DNA of 64,000 nucleotides. It comes from Candidatus Gastranaerophilales bacterium. GTDB lineage: Bacteria > Cyanobacteriota > Vampirovibrionia > Gastranaerophilales > Gastranaerophilaceae. The notes under the pieces were generated by a model. It was given only the letters and a program-made list of their open reading frames with translations. It did not search any database and had not been told where the DNA came from. The stretch lies in assembly GCA_944324435.1 (NCBI GenBank), contig CALUWH010000006.1, forward strand, positions 166-64,165, given 5' to 3'. Shown here one piece after another: positions 36,791 through 48,844 of the stretch. Positions within the stretch are counted from its first letter, which is position 1; each line of letters begins with the position of its first letter. A program made the translations under genes and the position numbers.

Positions 36791-36880
36791 TTATAAGTTT
36801 ATAAGTTTAGCGGTTTAGAAGATTATAAAGAAATTCTTGATAAATTTCTTCTAAACTTCTAAACCCATGAACTCCTAAAC
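36791..36880. repeat. Inverted pair of M5-type units (ttataagtttataagtttagcggtttagaag / cttctaaacttctaaaccc...ctcctaaac) in the atpD-atpC spacer
   Basis: gtttagaag (36813-36821) is the exact complement of cttctaaac (36848-36856). Confidence 0.75.
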
Positions 36881-39618
<2,738 letters not shown>

Positions 39619-39729
39619 AATATTCTCCTTTTCCCATTATACATAAAATATGCCGAATTTTCTCCGCCTTATTAATATATATAATATTTAAGATTTTAAC
39701 ATCTCCCTGTTTGTACTATTATTAATACC

Positions 39730-40566
39730 ATGGTGGATTATTTACAACGCGCAAAATTTTTTAGAACAAAAAAAAGATTAGGCCAGAATTTTCTGATAAA
39801 TCCTGACGTAATCTCAGATATTATTGACTTTGCAAACATATCAAAAGAAGATGTGGTTCTGGAAATCGGCCCGGGAGTCGGTTTTGTAACAGAACAGCTG
39901 GTTAAGTATGCAAAAAAAGTTATCGCAATAGAGCTTGATGAAGAAGCTGTAAAAGAGCTGGAAAAACTTAACTTTGATAATCTGGAAATTATTCATCAGG
40001 ATATTCTGAAAACAGATATATCTTCACTCACAGATGAGAAAGTTAAAGTTGTCGCAAATATTCCGTATTACATAACCTCGCCTATTATAGCTCATCTGCT
40101 CGGCGAAATTGATGATTTGAATAACAAAAATCGAAACAGTATAACTGATATTATTCTAATGGTACAGGAAGAAGTAGCCCTAAGAATTGTTGCGACAGAG
40201 CAGAGTTCCGCAAAACAGTATGGGCTTTTAACAATACTTTCCCAATTTTGGGCAGACTGTTCAATAATAAGGCTTGTTGGCAGAAAATCCTTCTATCCGG
40301 CGCCTAAAGTTAATTCGGCGCTTGTATCGATGAAGGTAAGAGAAACTCCGCTCCTTCAACTAGATGACTACTCGCATTTTAGAAAAACAATCAAGGCTGC
40401 ATTTTCTCAAAGGCGCAAAACATTGAAAAATTGTCTTTTAGGCGCAGGTTTTGATAAGAATAAAATTACTTCCGCAATCTCGGAATTAGGTTTTGATGAG
40501 AATATCCGCGGCGAAAAATTATCGATAGAACAATTTGGGAAACTCTCCGAGCTGCTCAAGGTGTAA
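39730..40566 (+). CDS. rsmA: 16S rRNA (adenine1518/1519-N6)-dimethyltransferase
   Basis: Motifs KKRLGQNFLINPDV, EIGPGVGFVTEQL and NIPYYITSPI. Confidence 0.9.
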   Translation: MVDYLQRAKFFRTKKRLGQNFLINPDVISDIIDFANISKEDVVLEIGPGVGFVTEQLVKYAKKVIAIELDEEAVKELEKLNFDNLEIIHQDILKTDISSLTDEKVKVVANIPYYITSPIIAHLLGEIDDLNNKNRNSITDIILMVQEEVALRIVATEQSSAKQYGLLTILSQFWADCSIIRLVGRKSFYPAPKVNSALVSMKVRETPLLQLDDYSHFRKTIKAAFSQRRKTLKNCLLGAGFDKNKITSAISELGFDENIRGEKLSIEQFGKLSELLKV

Positions 40567-40567
40567 G

Positions 40568-40861
40568 GGGGATAAGTTGAGAAGTTGAACAGTTGAACAG
40601 TTGAAGGGTAGTTTTAGGGTTTATAAGTTGAGAGGTTGAGAAGTTGAGAGGAAGTTATAAAGGGTTGATAAGTTGAACAGTTGAAGGGTTGAATAGTAGT
40701 TTTATAGTTGAGGAGTTGAGAAGTTTAGAAGAAGTTAAAATCTATTCACTAATCACTATTCACTTTTGTTCACTTGCTCACTTGATCACTTGATCACTTA
40801 GTCACCTGGTCACATAAAACACGCTCCCTTCACACCTCACACCTCACTCTTCACGCTTTGG
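40568..40861 (-). repeat. Composite short-tandem-repeat element, copy C (reverse orientation)
   Basis: It starts 2 nt after the rsmA stop and has the same module order as copy B. Confidence 0.9.
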
Positions 40862-41055
40862 TTGATAAGTTGAATAGTTGAAAGGTTGAAAAGGAATTTA
40901 GAGGTTTAGTAGTTGAGAAGTTTAGGGGTTGAGAAGAAGTTAAAAATCTATTCACTATTCACCAATCACTATTCACTCTTGCTAACCTGATCACCTGATC
41001 ACTTGATCACTTGATCACTTTAAACACGCTCCCTTCACGCCTCACGCTTCACTAT
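40862..41055 (-). repeat. Composite short-tandem-repeat element, copy D (reverse orientation, head-to-tail with copy C)
   Basis: It has a shorter M5. Positions 40933-41034 are identical to the reverse complement of 46811-46920 except for one extra 8-nt unit in copy E. Confidence 0.9.
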
Positions 41056-41152
41056 TACCTAAACCAACATAAAGCCGATTAATATTATCCTCTATTTGTA
41101 ACAAATTGATAAAAACCTTTTTTTGTTATATGATATATATAAAGAGGTGGAA

Positions 41153-41266
41153 ATGGATTTTTTTAGACGGCACAAGAAATTTATAATCGGATTGATTGCT
41201 ATATCATTCGTTATCTGGACTTTTGGTATGGGGTTACTCTTAATACTTCCCGGCCTTGGACAATAA
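41153..41266 (+). CDS. Small membrane protein (37 aa, MDFFRRHKKFIIGLIAISFVIWTFGMGLLLILPGLGQ)
   Basis: SD AGAGGTGG lies 4 nt upstream of the ATG. A single TM helix is present. The ORF is below the track cutoff. Confidence 0.3.
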   Translation: MDFFRRHKKFIIGLIAISFVIWTFGMGLLLILPGLGQ

Positions 41267-41281
41267 TTGCGAGGGGGTTCT

Positions 41282-42403
41282 GTGAAGAGATTTGCAAGTG
41301 GGAATAAAATAATGGCAGCTTTAATGTCTTTTGTGTTTATTTTTAACACGTTCTCCTGCTGCAGTGTTTTTGCCCAGGATATAGAAGCCCAAAAACGCAA
41401 GACCAGAGAAAAAATTAACCATCTGCGTTGGCTGGAAAGCCTTGAAACCAATAAGTTATATAAAAATCAACAAAAACTGGAAACTGCAACCAATAACCTC
41501 CAACAGTCTAAAACAGAAATAATCAGTGCTCAAAAGGAATTGAACGGAATGCAGGCAAAACTCGATAAAGCCGCGGCAGAATATAACAATCTTAACAATA
41601 TTCTGGCTATTCATATTAGAAAAGTGTTTAAGTCACAAAGAAAGGCGTTTTTCGAACTCTTGCTGACTTCTGAAGATATTAATATGCTTGTTGACAGAAT
41701 TTATTTCCAAAAAATTATCCTAAAAGAAGATTATGACAGAATGAGCTTGGCTAAAAATAAGGCCCGGGAAATTGCTCTGCTTAAATACAATATTGAAACT
41801 CGAAAACGAAATCTTGAACGCTCCGTTGCTTCTATTAACTCACAGCAGGACTATATTCAACGGGCCATTGCAAGAAATGAAAGTATGATAAATAAATTGC
41901 GTACAGACAGAGTTGCTTACCAGAAAGCAGAGAAAGAACTTGCCAAACAATCTGCAAGCATTGGTTCTTATATCAATAAAACAGTAAAAGACTCGGATGT
42001 TCAAGTTGCGTCCGGATTTATTAAACCAATTCAGGGACGCATAACCTCCCCCTTCGGCTGGAGAACTCATCCTATATTTAACAGTAAGTCTTTCCACTCC
42101 GGAGTTGATATAGGGGGACCGAATTTAGGAGCTATCAGAGCCTCCAATTCCGGTAAAGTTATATATTCCGGCTGGTACGGCGGTTATGGAAAAGTTGTGA
42201 TATTGGAACACGGTATTGTGAACGGTAAGCCTATAACTACTCTTTATGCACACATGAATTCTATTGCGGTCTCAAACGGACAAAGAGTCTCTAAAGGACA
42301 GGTCCTCGGATATGAAGGTACAACCGGATACAGCACAGGCCCTCATTGTCACTTTGAAGTAAGGGTTAACGGTCAGCCTAACAATCCGTTGAATTATATA
42401 TAG
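41282..42403 (+). CDS. M23 family metallopeptidase with an N-terminal coiled coil (EnvC-like architecture, catalytic residues intact); GTG 41282 start preferred over TTG 41267
   Basis: Motifs HSGVDIGG and GPHCHFEVRVNG. A signal peptide follows GTG 41282, which has the SD GAGGGGG. Confidence 0.85.
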   Translation: MKRFASGNKIMAALMSFVFIFNTFSCCSVFAQDIEAQKRKTREKINHLRWLESLETNKLYKNQQKLETATNNLQQSKTEIISAQKELNGMQAKLDKAAAEYNNLNNILAIHIRKVFKSQRKAFFELLLTSEDINMLVDRIYFQKIILKEDYDRMSLAKNKAREIALLKYNIETRKRNLERSVASINSQQDYIQRAIARNESMINKLRTDRVAYQKAEKELAKQSASIGSYINKTVKDSDVQVASGFIKPIQGRITSPFGWRTHPIFNSKSFHSGVDIGGPNLGAIRASNSGKVIYSGWYGGYGKVVILEHGIVNGKPITTLYAHMNSIAVSNGQRVSKGQVLGYEGTTGYSTGPHCHFEVRVNGQPNNPLNYI

Positions 42404-42415
42404 TAGGAAGAACAC

Positions 42416-44593
42416 TTGAAAAAGAAATTATTATCATTATTCATAACAACATTAGTTCTGGCAAATGCGGCATTTGCCGAATACTCTTTTGTGTCACCGG
42501 AAGATTTTACAGGAGACGCTTTTTTTACTCCGCCAGCCTTTAAACTTGAAGAAGAAAAGCCGCAAAATACACAAGGTTCCAGAGATAAGACAACTCCTCC
42601 TGTAAAACAGATACGGCTTTTGCTGAAGAATAAAATGAAAGAGCGTTCCGATAAAAAAATGCAGTTAGCCCCGGTCGCTCCGCAAGAGGATGATATCTTT
42701 GCCGCCGGTGCAGAAACTTCCGAATATGCTTCTAAAGAAATTGAAGAACATTTTGATGAAGATATGATGCCGGACGGATTTGAAGCCGATGAAGAATTCG
42801 TTGCCGAACAAAAAAAATCAAAACACTTCTGGAGCAGAAAACCTAAAAAACAAAAAAACACAGAACCGGAAGACACCGAAAATATAATTTTGGACTGTGA
42901 AAATATGGATTACGACACAGAAACATACTGTGTAAAGGCAACCGGTGATGTCAGCGTCGAGTTTGTAAAACAGGGAACTGTTGTAAAAGCTGATGTTATA
43001 ACTTATGACCGCATGAACAATACTATCAAAGCAGAAGGCAATGTACGTATATTAAAAAATGGACAAACAATTACGGGGGACTATATATTCGTTGATATGA
43101 ATGAAGAAAATGCTCTGATAGAAAACCCCTTAACTCAAACAGCGACAATCGAAATTAAGGCTAAAAAAGGATATGTCTACGGCGATAAAATTGTCCAGGA
43201 GGACGGTTCTATAAAAGTTGATGAATCGTTTCCGGTTAATTTCCGTTCAGTTAACGCAGGACCCCAAATGTCACAAATGATTGTTCCCAAAGATCAAACA
43301 TTAACAAATGACATGGAAAAAGGCTTGATAAGGGTCAAAGTCAAGGATATGAAAATCACACAAAAGGGTGATTTGGAAGTCCTTGCGATAAAAAATGCAA
43401 CAGTATTTAAAGGAAAGCGAAAAATCATCAAAATTCCGGGTTTAAAGGTATATACGAATAAAAATAATGAATTTGCAGAAACAAACTCCTGGGAACTGGG
43501 TTCATTTAGAGGGCTTGGTATGTATATAGGCCCCGGGTTTGTTTTTGAGCTGCCAAAGGGTTCTGTCTTGAAGGCTATTCCGATATTAAATTATTATCAC
43601 GGAATCGGGGTCGGCGGTATTGGCCGTTTCAGCAGTGCTACAAATAGAACTCAGGTAGCTTATGGTTCAGCAGAAAGCCTGTTTCTTGTAAGAGGTAAAC
43701 AAAAACTCGACGACAACTTATATTTACAATACGGTATGAATGACTACATGAATGAATGGTTTCTGGGAAGACGTCGTCCTAAATACGGTTTAGACCTTGT
43801 ATATGAAAAAGGCTACGCTGATGAAAATTTTCTTTTAAAAGGACACGCTTCCAAATTTGCGCACAGGTTTGATATGGGTTATTACCATGATATTGATGAA
43901 GATAAAAACTTTGGAGCATTAAGAGGCAATCAAATCGGCACAATGCGTTTTAGATACATGGCGCAGGCTGATCAAAACCTTTTTAATTATAAAAATGTGG
44001 ACAAGCAGACGGCTTTCAGTATTGATATATCATCCCAGCTTGCTGCATCCGTTTATGGGACTGGAGACACTCAGGTCATAGGAAGAATTGGTCCTAGAAT
44101 GCACACACAGTATAAACGCTGGATGCAGGATATTGGTTATTATCAATCAGTGTATGATGACAATTCTCCAGTACCGGTATTTGATGCGTATCGTTATGGA
44201 AAATCAAATGTGTATATACGTGAATATTTAAGGATTTGCCGTTACCTGACCGCATCCTGGTTTGGGTCAATAAATCTTTCAGGTGATTCGCCTAACGGAC
44301 AGCCATTTCAGGAAAATTCTTTCTACGTATCTGTCGGGCCGGACGATATTAAGTTTAGTATCGGGTATGATTTTATAAGAGAAAACACTTTCTTTACTGT
44401 TGAAGTTATGATGGACGCAAAAGGTACTCAGGTTGATTATGACAGATTAGAAATTAAACAGGCTAAAAAAGAAGAAAAGAAAGAAAAACTCGTTGATGCG
44501 GAAGAAGAAAATAGCTTCCAGAACTCCAACAAAGCTCCGGTTCTGCAAAGAGCTGTGGTAGAAGATATTAAAACGGTGGAAGATGTTCTCTAG
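42416..44593 (+). CDS. LptD/OstA-like outer-membrane LPS-assembly protein
   Basis: Signal peptide, an OstA_N-like block (ADVITYDRMNNTIKAEGNVRILKNGQTITGDYIFVDMNEE) and a long beta-rich C-terminal region. Confidence 0.55.
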   Translation: MKKKLLSLFITTLVLANAAFAEYSFVSPEDFTGDAFFTPPAFKLEEEKPQNTQGSRDKTTPPVKQIRLLLKNKMKERSDKKMQLAPVAPQEDDIFAAGAETSEYASKEIEEHFDEDMMPDGFEADEEFVAEQKKSKHFWSRKPKKQKNTEPEDTENIILDCENMDYDTETYCVKATGDVSVEFVKQGTVVKADVITYDRMNNTIKAEGNVRILKNGQTITGDYIFVDMNEENALIENPLTQTATIEIKAKKGYVYGDKIVQEDGSIKVDESFPVNFRSVNAGPQMSQMIVPKDQTLTNDMEKGLIRVKVKDMKITQKGDLEVLAIKNATVFKGKRKIIKIPGLKVYTNKNNEFAETNSWELGSFRGLGMYIGPGFVFELPKGSVLKAIPILNYYHGIGVGGIGRFSSATNRTQVAYGSAESLFLVRGKQKLDDNLYLQYGMNDYMNEWFLGRRRPKYGLDLVYEKGYADENFLLKGHASKFAHRFDMGYYHDIDEDKNFGALRGNQIGTMRFRYMAQADQNLFNYKNVDKQTAFSIDISSQLAASVYGTGDTQVIGRIGPRMHTQYKRWMQDIGYYQSVYDDNSPVPVFDAYRYGKSNVYIREYLRICRYLTASWFGSINLSGDSPNGQPFQENSFYVSVGPDDIKFSIGYDFIRENTFFTVEVMMDAKGTQVDYDRLEIKQAKKEEKKEKLVDAEEENSFQNSNKAPVLQRAVVEDIKTVEDVL

Positions 44594-45206
44594 ATATAAA
44601 TTAACAAAAAAAATTATTAAATATGGCAGAATGTGTGATGAAAAGAATTACACACCCGGGTATTCAGGAAATATTTCTGCAAGATATAAGGAGGGAATGT
44701 TGATAACAACCTCCGGCTCTTCAAACGGTTATTTAAAGCCTTCAAACATTGTGTTTACGGATTTTAACGGTAATTCTGCGGAAAAGGGCAAAAAACCTTC
44801 AAGCGAAAAATTTTTACATATAGAAATTTATAAAAAAAGACCCGAGTTTAACTATATAATTCATGTTCATGCCCCTTATCTAAGCAGTTTTGCATCATCT
44901 GGAAAGGACTTAATGGCACCTGTTATGGCAGAAAACGTTTTTTACTTTGGCGGAATTCCCCTTGCTGAGTATGCACTGCCTTCTACAATGCAGCTTGTTG
45001 AAAATACAGTTAAATTTTTTGATGAATATGACGCAGTGCTTATGGCAAACCATGGATTTGTTGTTGCCTCAAAAACAATAGAGGATGCGTATATGAAGCT
45101 TGAGCTTGCAGAATCTTATGCTCAGGTTGTTTTAAATACACAAATTCTAGGCGGCGCAAAAATTCTTGATGAGAATCAGGCGAGGGAGATTTTGAGTTTA
45201 AGATAA
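44583..45206 (+). CDS. Class II aldolase/adducin family protein (FucA/MtnB-like)
   Basis: Motifs GNISAR, HVHAPY and ANHGFVV. Confidence 0.75.
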   Translation: MFSRYKLTKKIIKYGRMCDEKNYTPGYSGNISARYKEGMLITTSGSSNGYLKPSNIVFTDFNGNSAEKGKKPSSEKFLHIEIYKKRPEFNYIIHVHAPYLSSFASSGKDLMAPVMAENVFYFGGIPLAEYALPSTMQLVENTVKFFDEYDAVLMANHGFVVASKTIEDAYMKLELAESYAQVVLNTQILGGAKILDENQAREILSLR

Positions 45207-45209
45207 GTA

Positions 45210-45244
45210 AGAGGGGGCGGATTTTGAAAAAATCCGCCCCCTCT
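45210..45244. terminator. Bidirectional terminator hairpin (16-bp perfect stem)
   Basis: agagggggcggatttt-gaa-aaaatccgccccctct lies between convergent genes. Confidence 0.8.
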
Positions 45245-45250
45245 AATATA

Positions 45251-46087
45251 TTAAAGCAGTTCTTTTAAGTAATTAGGTAGCGCAAACCTTGCATTATGAT
45301 ATTCTTTATTATAAATCTTGCAGGTTTTTGTAATCGCTTCACCCCTTCTTTCATCCCAGTAAGAAAGCGGTTTAACCGTTTCTGAACAAAAAGCCCAAGC
45401 CCAATAGCCGCCCGGATATGTCGGGATGTTTGATGTAAATGTTGAACAAATCGGAAATACTTTTTTCAATAATTTGTACATTTTTTGGATTTCTTCTTTG
45501 TTAACAAAAGGTGATTCAGATTGAGCGCACATAATGCCGCCTTCTTTCAAAGATTTTTTTACGTTTGTGTAAAAATCTTCCGTAAACAAACCTTCTCCAG
45601 GGCCAAGTGGATCTGTCGAATCGATAAGGACAATATCGAACATATTTTCCTTACCCTTAATATATTCTATAGCATCTTCCACAAGAATCTCACATTTTGG
45701 GTTATCAAGTTCGCAAGAAATCGTCGGCAAATATTTCTTGCAAGCTTCAATAACCATTCCGTCAATTTCGCAGAGAACAACTTTTTCGACAGTATCGTGT
45801 TTTAAAACTTCTCTCACGGTTCCGCCGTCACCACCCCCTATTACAAGCACGGTCTTTGGTGCTTTATGGTGCATCATAGGAATGTGTGCAATCATTTCGT
45901 GGTAATGAAATTCATCGCCTTCTGTTGTCATCATTAAGTCATCTATAGTCAAAATTCTACCTAAAGATGAATCAGTATCTATTATATCAATTTTTTGAAA
46001 AGGTGATTGCTTGGAAAACAAGACTTCTTTTTGTTTTATTGCAATACCAAAACCTGCCGGTGTTATTTCTTTAAAAAATTCACTCAT
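45251..46087 (-). CDS. speE: Spermidine synthase
   Basis: Motifs VLVIGGGDGGTVREVLKH and DIVLIDSTDPLGPGEGLF. Confidence 0.9.
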   Translation of the reverse strand: MSEFFKEITPAGFGIAIKQKEVLFSKQSPFQKIDIIDTDSSLGRILTIDDLMMTTEGDEFHYHEMIAHIPMMHHKAPKTVLVIGGGDGGTVREVLKHDTVEKVVLCEIDGMVIEACKKYLPTISCELDNPKCEILVEDAIEYIKGKENMFDIVLIDSTDPLGPGEGLFTEDFYTNVKKSLKEGGIMCAQSESPFVNKEEIQKMYKLLKKVFPICSTFTSNIPTYPGGYWAWAFCSETVKPLSYWDERRGEAITKTCKIYNKEYHNARFALPNYLKELL

Positions 46088-46404
46088 AGTTTAATACTCC
46101 CTGCTAATATATGTATATGTAAGTGGAAAACTTCTTGTCCAGCCTCTTTTCCTGTGTTAATAACTATTCTATATGATTTAAGCCCTGCATTCTTTGCAGC
46201 TTCTTTAACTGTCATCATAAGTTTACCTAATAAAAATTCATCATCCAATTCATTTAAAGATTCGACATGTTTTCTTGGAACAACAAGCAAATGTGTCTCT
46301 GCCTTTGGATTGATGTCTTTAAAAACAACTGCATATTCGTTTTCATAAACAAATTCGGTATTAAACTCACCGTTGATAATTTTACAAAAAATACAATCGT
46401 TCAT
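46084..46404 (-). CDS. HIT family (histidine triad) protein
   Basis: HLHIHIL triad and a CIFCKII N-terminus. Confidence 0.9.
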   Translation of the reverse strand: MNDCIFCKIINGEFNTEFVYENEYAVVFKDINPKAETHLLVVPRKHVESLNELDDEFLLGKLMMTVKEAAKNAGLKSYRIVINTGKEAGQEVFHLHIHILAGSIKL

Positions 46405-46472
46405 ACTGTCTCCTTTTTATGCAATCATATTTCAAAAAGATAGTAATTACAAGAGGAAGAGGAAATATAGTA

Positions 46473-46504
46473 TGCCGGCGCAAAACTAATGTTTTGCGCC
46501 GGCA
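46473..46504. other. 14-bp perfect GC-rich hairpin (tgccggcgcaaaac-taat-gttttgcgccggca)
   Basis: Read directly. It lies between a gene remnant and the HIT gene, with no clear U-tract. Confidence 0.6.
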
Positions 46505-46512
46505 CCAGACAG

Positions 46513-46653
46513 TTATTTAACAAATTCACCTACATTGTAAGATATTCCAGAAGAGCCGTTTAGGTTGTTAATCCAGGCGTATACAGTAGGGACATTAGCA
46601 TTCCTTGTCACAAATCCGGTCTCAGGTACTCCACGTCCGCCTAAGAATTTCTG
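46513..46653 (-). pseudogene. Orphan C-terminal gene fragment (..FLGGRGVPETGFVTRNANVPTVYAWINNLNGSSGISYNVGEFVK*)
   Basis: 46-codon open frame bounded upstream by a stop, with no ATG. The composition looks coding, and the fragment sits next to repeat copy E. Confidence 0.3.
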
Positions 46654-46784
46654 CTACAGGCTTGTACGCGAGGGCTGGGCTGGAAGGTAAGCGCTACAAG
46701 AATTTTAGAAAGTGGATTTTTTGCAAAAATTGGGCAAAAATGAGGATTTTGGGCCTCGCACAACAAAAGAGCGGTTTTATGGTT

Positions 46785-47026
46785 AGTGAGGCGTGAGGTG
46801 TGAGGTGTGAAGGGAGCGTGTTTAAAGTGATCAAGTGATCAGGTGATCAAGTGATCAGGTGATCAGGTTAGCAAGAGTGAATAGTGATTGGTGAATAGTG
46901 AATAGATTTTTAACTTCTTCTAAACTACTCAACTACTAAACCCTAAAACTACTCTTCAACCTTTCAACTATTCAACTTATCAACCCAAAAACTTCTTCTC
47001 AACTTCTAAACTACTCAACTTCTAAG
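46785..47026 (+). repeat. Composite short-tandem-repeat element, copy E (forward orientation)
   Basis: [GTGAGGN]x4, [GTGATCAR]x5 (five GATC in 41 nt, 46827-46867), [GTGAATA]x4, a linker, then [CTNNTCAA]n. Confidence 0.9.
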
Positions 47027-47142
47027 CTTTTTTATTCAACTATTCTGTAACGATAGTTTAAAAAATCGTTACAATTGGTAGAAATAATTTTTTTTATTGA
47101 TTAGAATATCTATTGGGTATAGAAAGAGGGGAATTTATTAAA

Positions 47143-47694
47143 ATGAATGCTAATCCAAGTAAAATACTTTTACCTAACGATGTTAGAAAATTACTGAATG
47201 CTGATAATAAAGAGATAGTTGAATTATGTAAAAAGACTTCAGTAACCCCGAAAAAAGATTCAAAAGGCCAGATATATTTTTCGGTTGACGAAGTTAAGAA
47301 ACTGCGCAGCGCGAAGTCTGCAGTTATTACAGAAATGAAAGAGAAAGGTAGAATTTTGGAACACATGAACCCTGCAGAAAGTATGAATAGATTACCATCA
47401 ACAACAATGACAAAACCAAATTCTCAGGCAGTTGTCAACGGTTTGTTGGAAACACTTAACAAAATGGAGACTAACATTACTACGTCAATGACTAAGCTTA
47501 TTGACGAAAAGCTTGAAGGTATGGACGATGTTGTACTTGAACTTGTAAGGTGTAAGACAGAAAATGAGAATTTGAAAAATAAGGTTAATGAACTGAATAA
47601 AGAGAATTTTAAGCTTAAAAATATTTTGAACAGCTTTAAACCTTTATTTTGCGGATTTTACATAAAAAAGGAAGAAGAAAGTATTTTATTATAG
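47143..47694 (+). CDS. Hypothetical protein with a C-terminal coiled coil, upstream of recA (the track ORF starts at 47113)
   Basis: SD AGAGGGG precedes ATG 47143. A heptad-like ENENLKNKVNELNKENFKLKNIL is present. No known family. Confidence 0.5.
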   Translation: MNANPSKILLPNDVRKLLNADNKEIVELCKKTSVTPKKDSKGQIYFSVDEVKKLRSAKSAVITEMKEKGRILEHMNPAESMNRLPSTTMTKPNSQAVVNGLLETLNKMETNITTSMTKLIDEKLEGMDDVVLELVRCKTENENLKNKVNELNKENFKLKNILNSFKPLFCGFYIKKEEESILL

Positions 47695-47711
47695 ACTTAG
47701 GGAATTAAGAA

Positions 47712-48731
47712 ATGGCAAAAGAAGAAACAACTGCGACGGCAATTGATGAGAGGAGCAAGGCGCTCAAATTAGCAATAGAGAAAATAGAGAAGGATTTTGG
47801 CAAAGGTGCTATAATGAAGCTTGGAGACAAGCCGGCTGTAAGCGTTGAAACAATACCTACAGGAGCCCTGGCGCTTGATGTAGCCCTTGGCGTAGGCGGT
47901 ATTCCTCGTGGCCGTATTATTGAAATATATGGGCCTGAATCCTCAGGAAAAACCACTCTTGCCCAGCATATTGTAGCAGAATGCCAGAAGAGAGGCGGTA
48001 TTGCTGCCTTTGTCGATGCAGAGCACGCGTTAGACCCTGAATACGCAAGGAACCTCGGGGTTAATGTCGATGAACTTCTTATCTCCCAACCTGATACAGG
48101 AGAACAAGCCCTCGATATTACAGAAGAATTGGTGCGCTCAGGAGCGGTTGACGTAATTGTGGTTGACTCTGTGGCAGCTCTTGTTCCGAAAGCAGAAATT
48201 GAAGGTTCTATGGAAGACCAACAAATGGGTCTGCAGGCAAGGTTAATGTCAAAGGCTTTGAGAAAATTAACAGGTATTATAGGCAAAACTAACACTACTG
48301 TTATATTTATCAACCAGTTAAGACAAAAAATCGGTGTTATGTACGGTAATCCCGAAACAACTACCGGCGGCAATGCTCTTAAATATTACGCCTCAGTTCG
48401 TCTTGAGATTAAGCGCGTTGAGGGTCTTAAAGGTGATGGCGAAGATATCGGGAATCATGTAAGGGTGCGTATATTAAAAAATAAAGTTGCACCTCCTTTC
48501 AGAACCGCCGAATTTGATATTATATTTGGCAAAGGGATCTGCAAAATCGGCAATATTCTTGACGTTGCTGTTGATTTGGATATTGTGAAAAAAGCCGGCT
48601 CCTGGTTTAGCTTTAATGATGAAAAGCTGGGACAGGGTAGGGATAAAGCTAAGGAATTTTTAGGTGCTAATCCTGAAATTCTCCAGCAAGTCGAGACTCT
48701 AGTTCGTGAAAAGCTTGCTAATAACAATTAA
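47712..48731 (+). CDS. recA: Recombinase A
   Basis: Motifs [11 protein letters not shown] and [17 protein letters not shown]. Conservation is high. Confidence 0.97.
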   Translation: MAKEETTATAIDERSKALKLAIEKIEKDFGKGAIMKLGDKPAVSVETIPTGALALDVALGVGGIPRGRIIEIYGPESSGKTTLAQHIVAECQKRGGIAAFVDAEHALDPEYARNLGVNVDELLISQPDTGEQALDITEELVRSGAVDVIVVDSVAALVPKAEIEGSMEDQQMGLQARLMSKALRKLTGIIGKTNTTVIFINQLRQKIGVMYGNPETTTGGNALKYYASVRLEIKRVEGLKGDGEDIGNHVRVRILKNKVAPPFRTAEFDIIFGKGICKIGNILDVAVDLDIVKKAGSWFSFNDEKLGQGRDKAKEFLGANPEILQQVETLVREKLANNN

Positions 48732-48844
48732 AATTATTAAATTGTTTATTTAGTGCACAATAATAAGTAAGACAAGGCAGTAGACTTGCAGCCTGTCAAA
48801 TTTATCATTATCAGGCATTTCTCCGGTCGCCATTATAACCACTT

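Noticed and set aside
41092-41451. 119-aa minus-strand ORF, and likewise 42394-42876 (160 aa).
   Set aside because: Both overlap well-supported plus-strand genes (the M23 peptidase and the LptD-like gene) and their signal-peptide regions. They have no SD or motifs, so I treat them as spurious.
47705-48373. 222-aa ORF antisense to recA.
   Set aside because: It is a shadow ORF opposite recA. The peptide is Pro/Ser/Ala-rich with no motifs, and recA on the plus strand is unambiguous.
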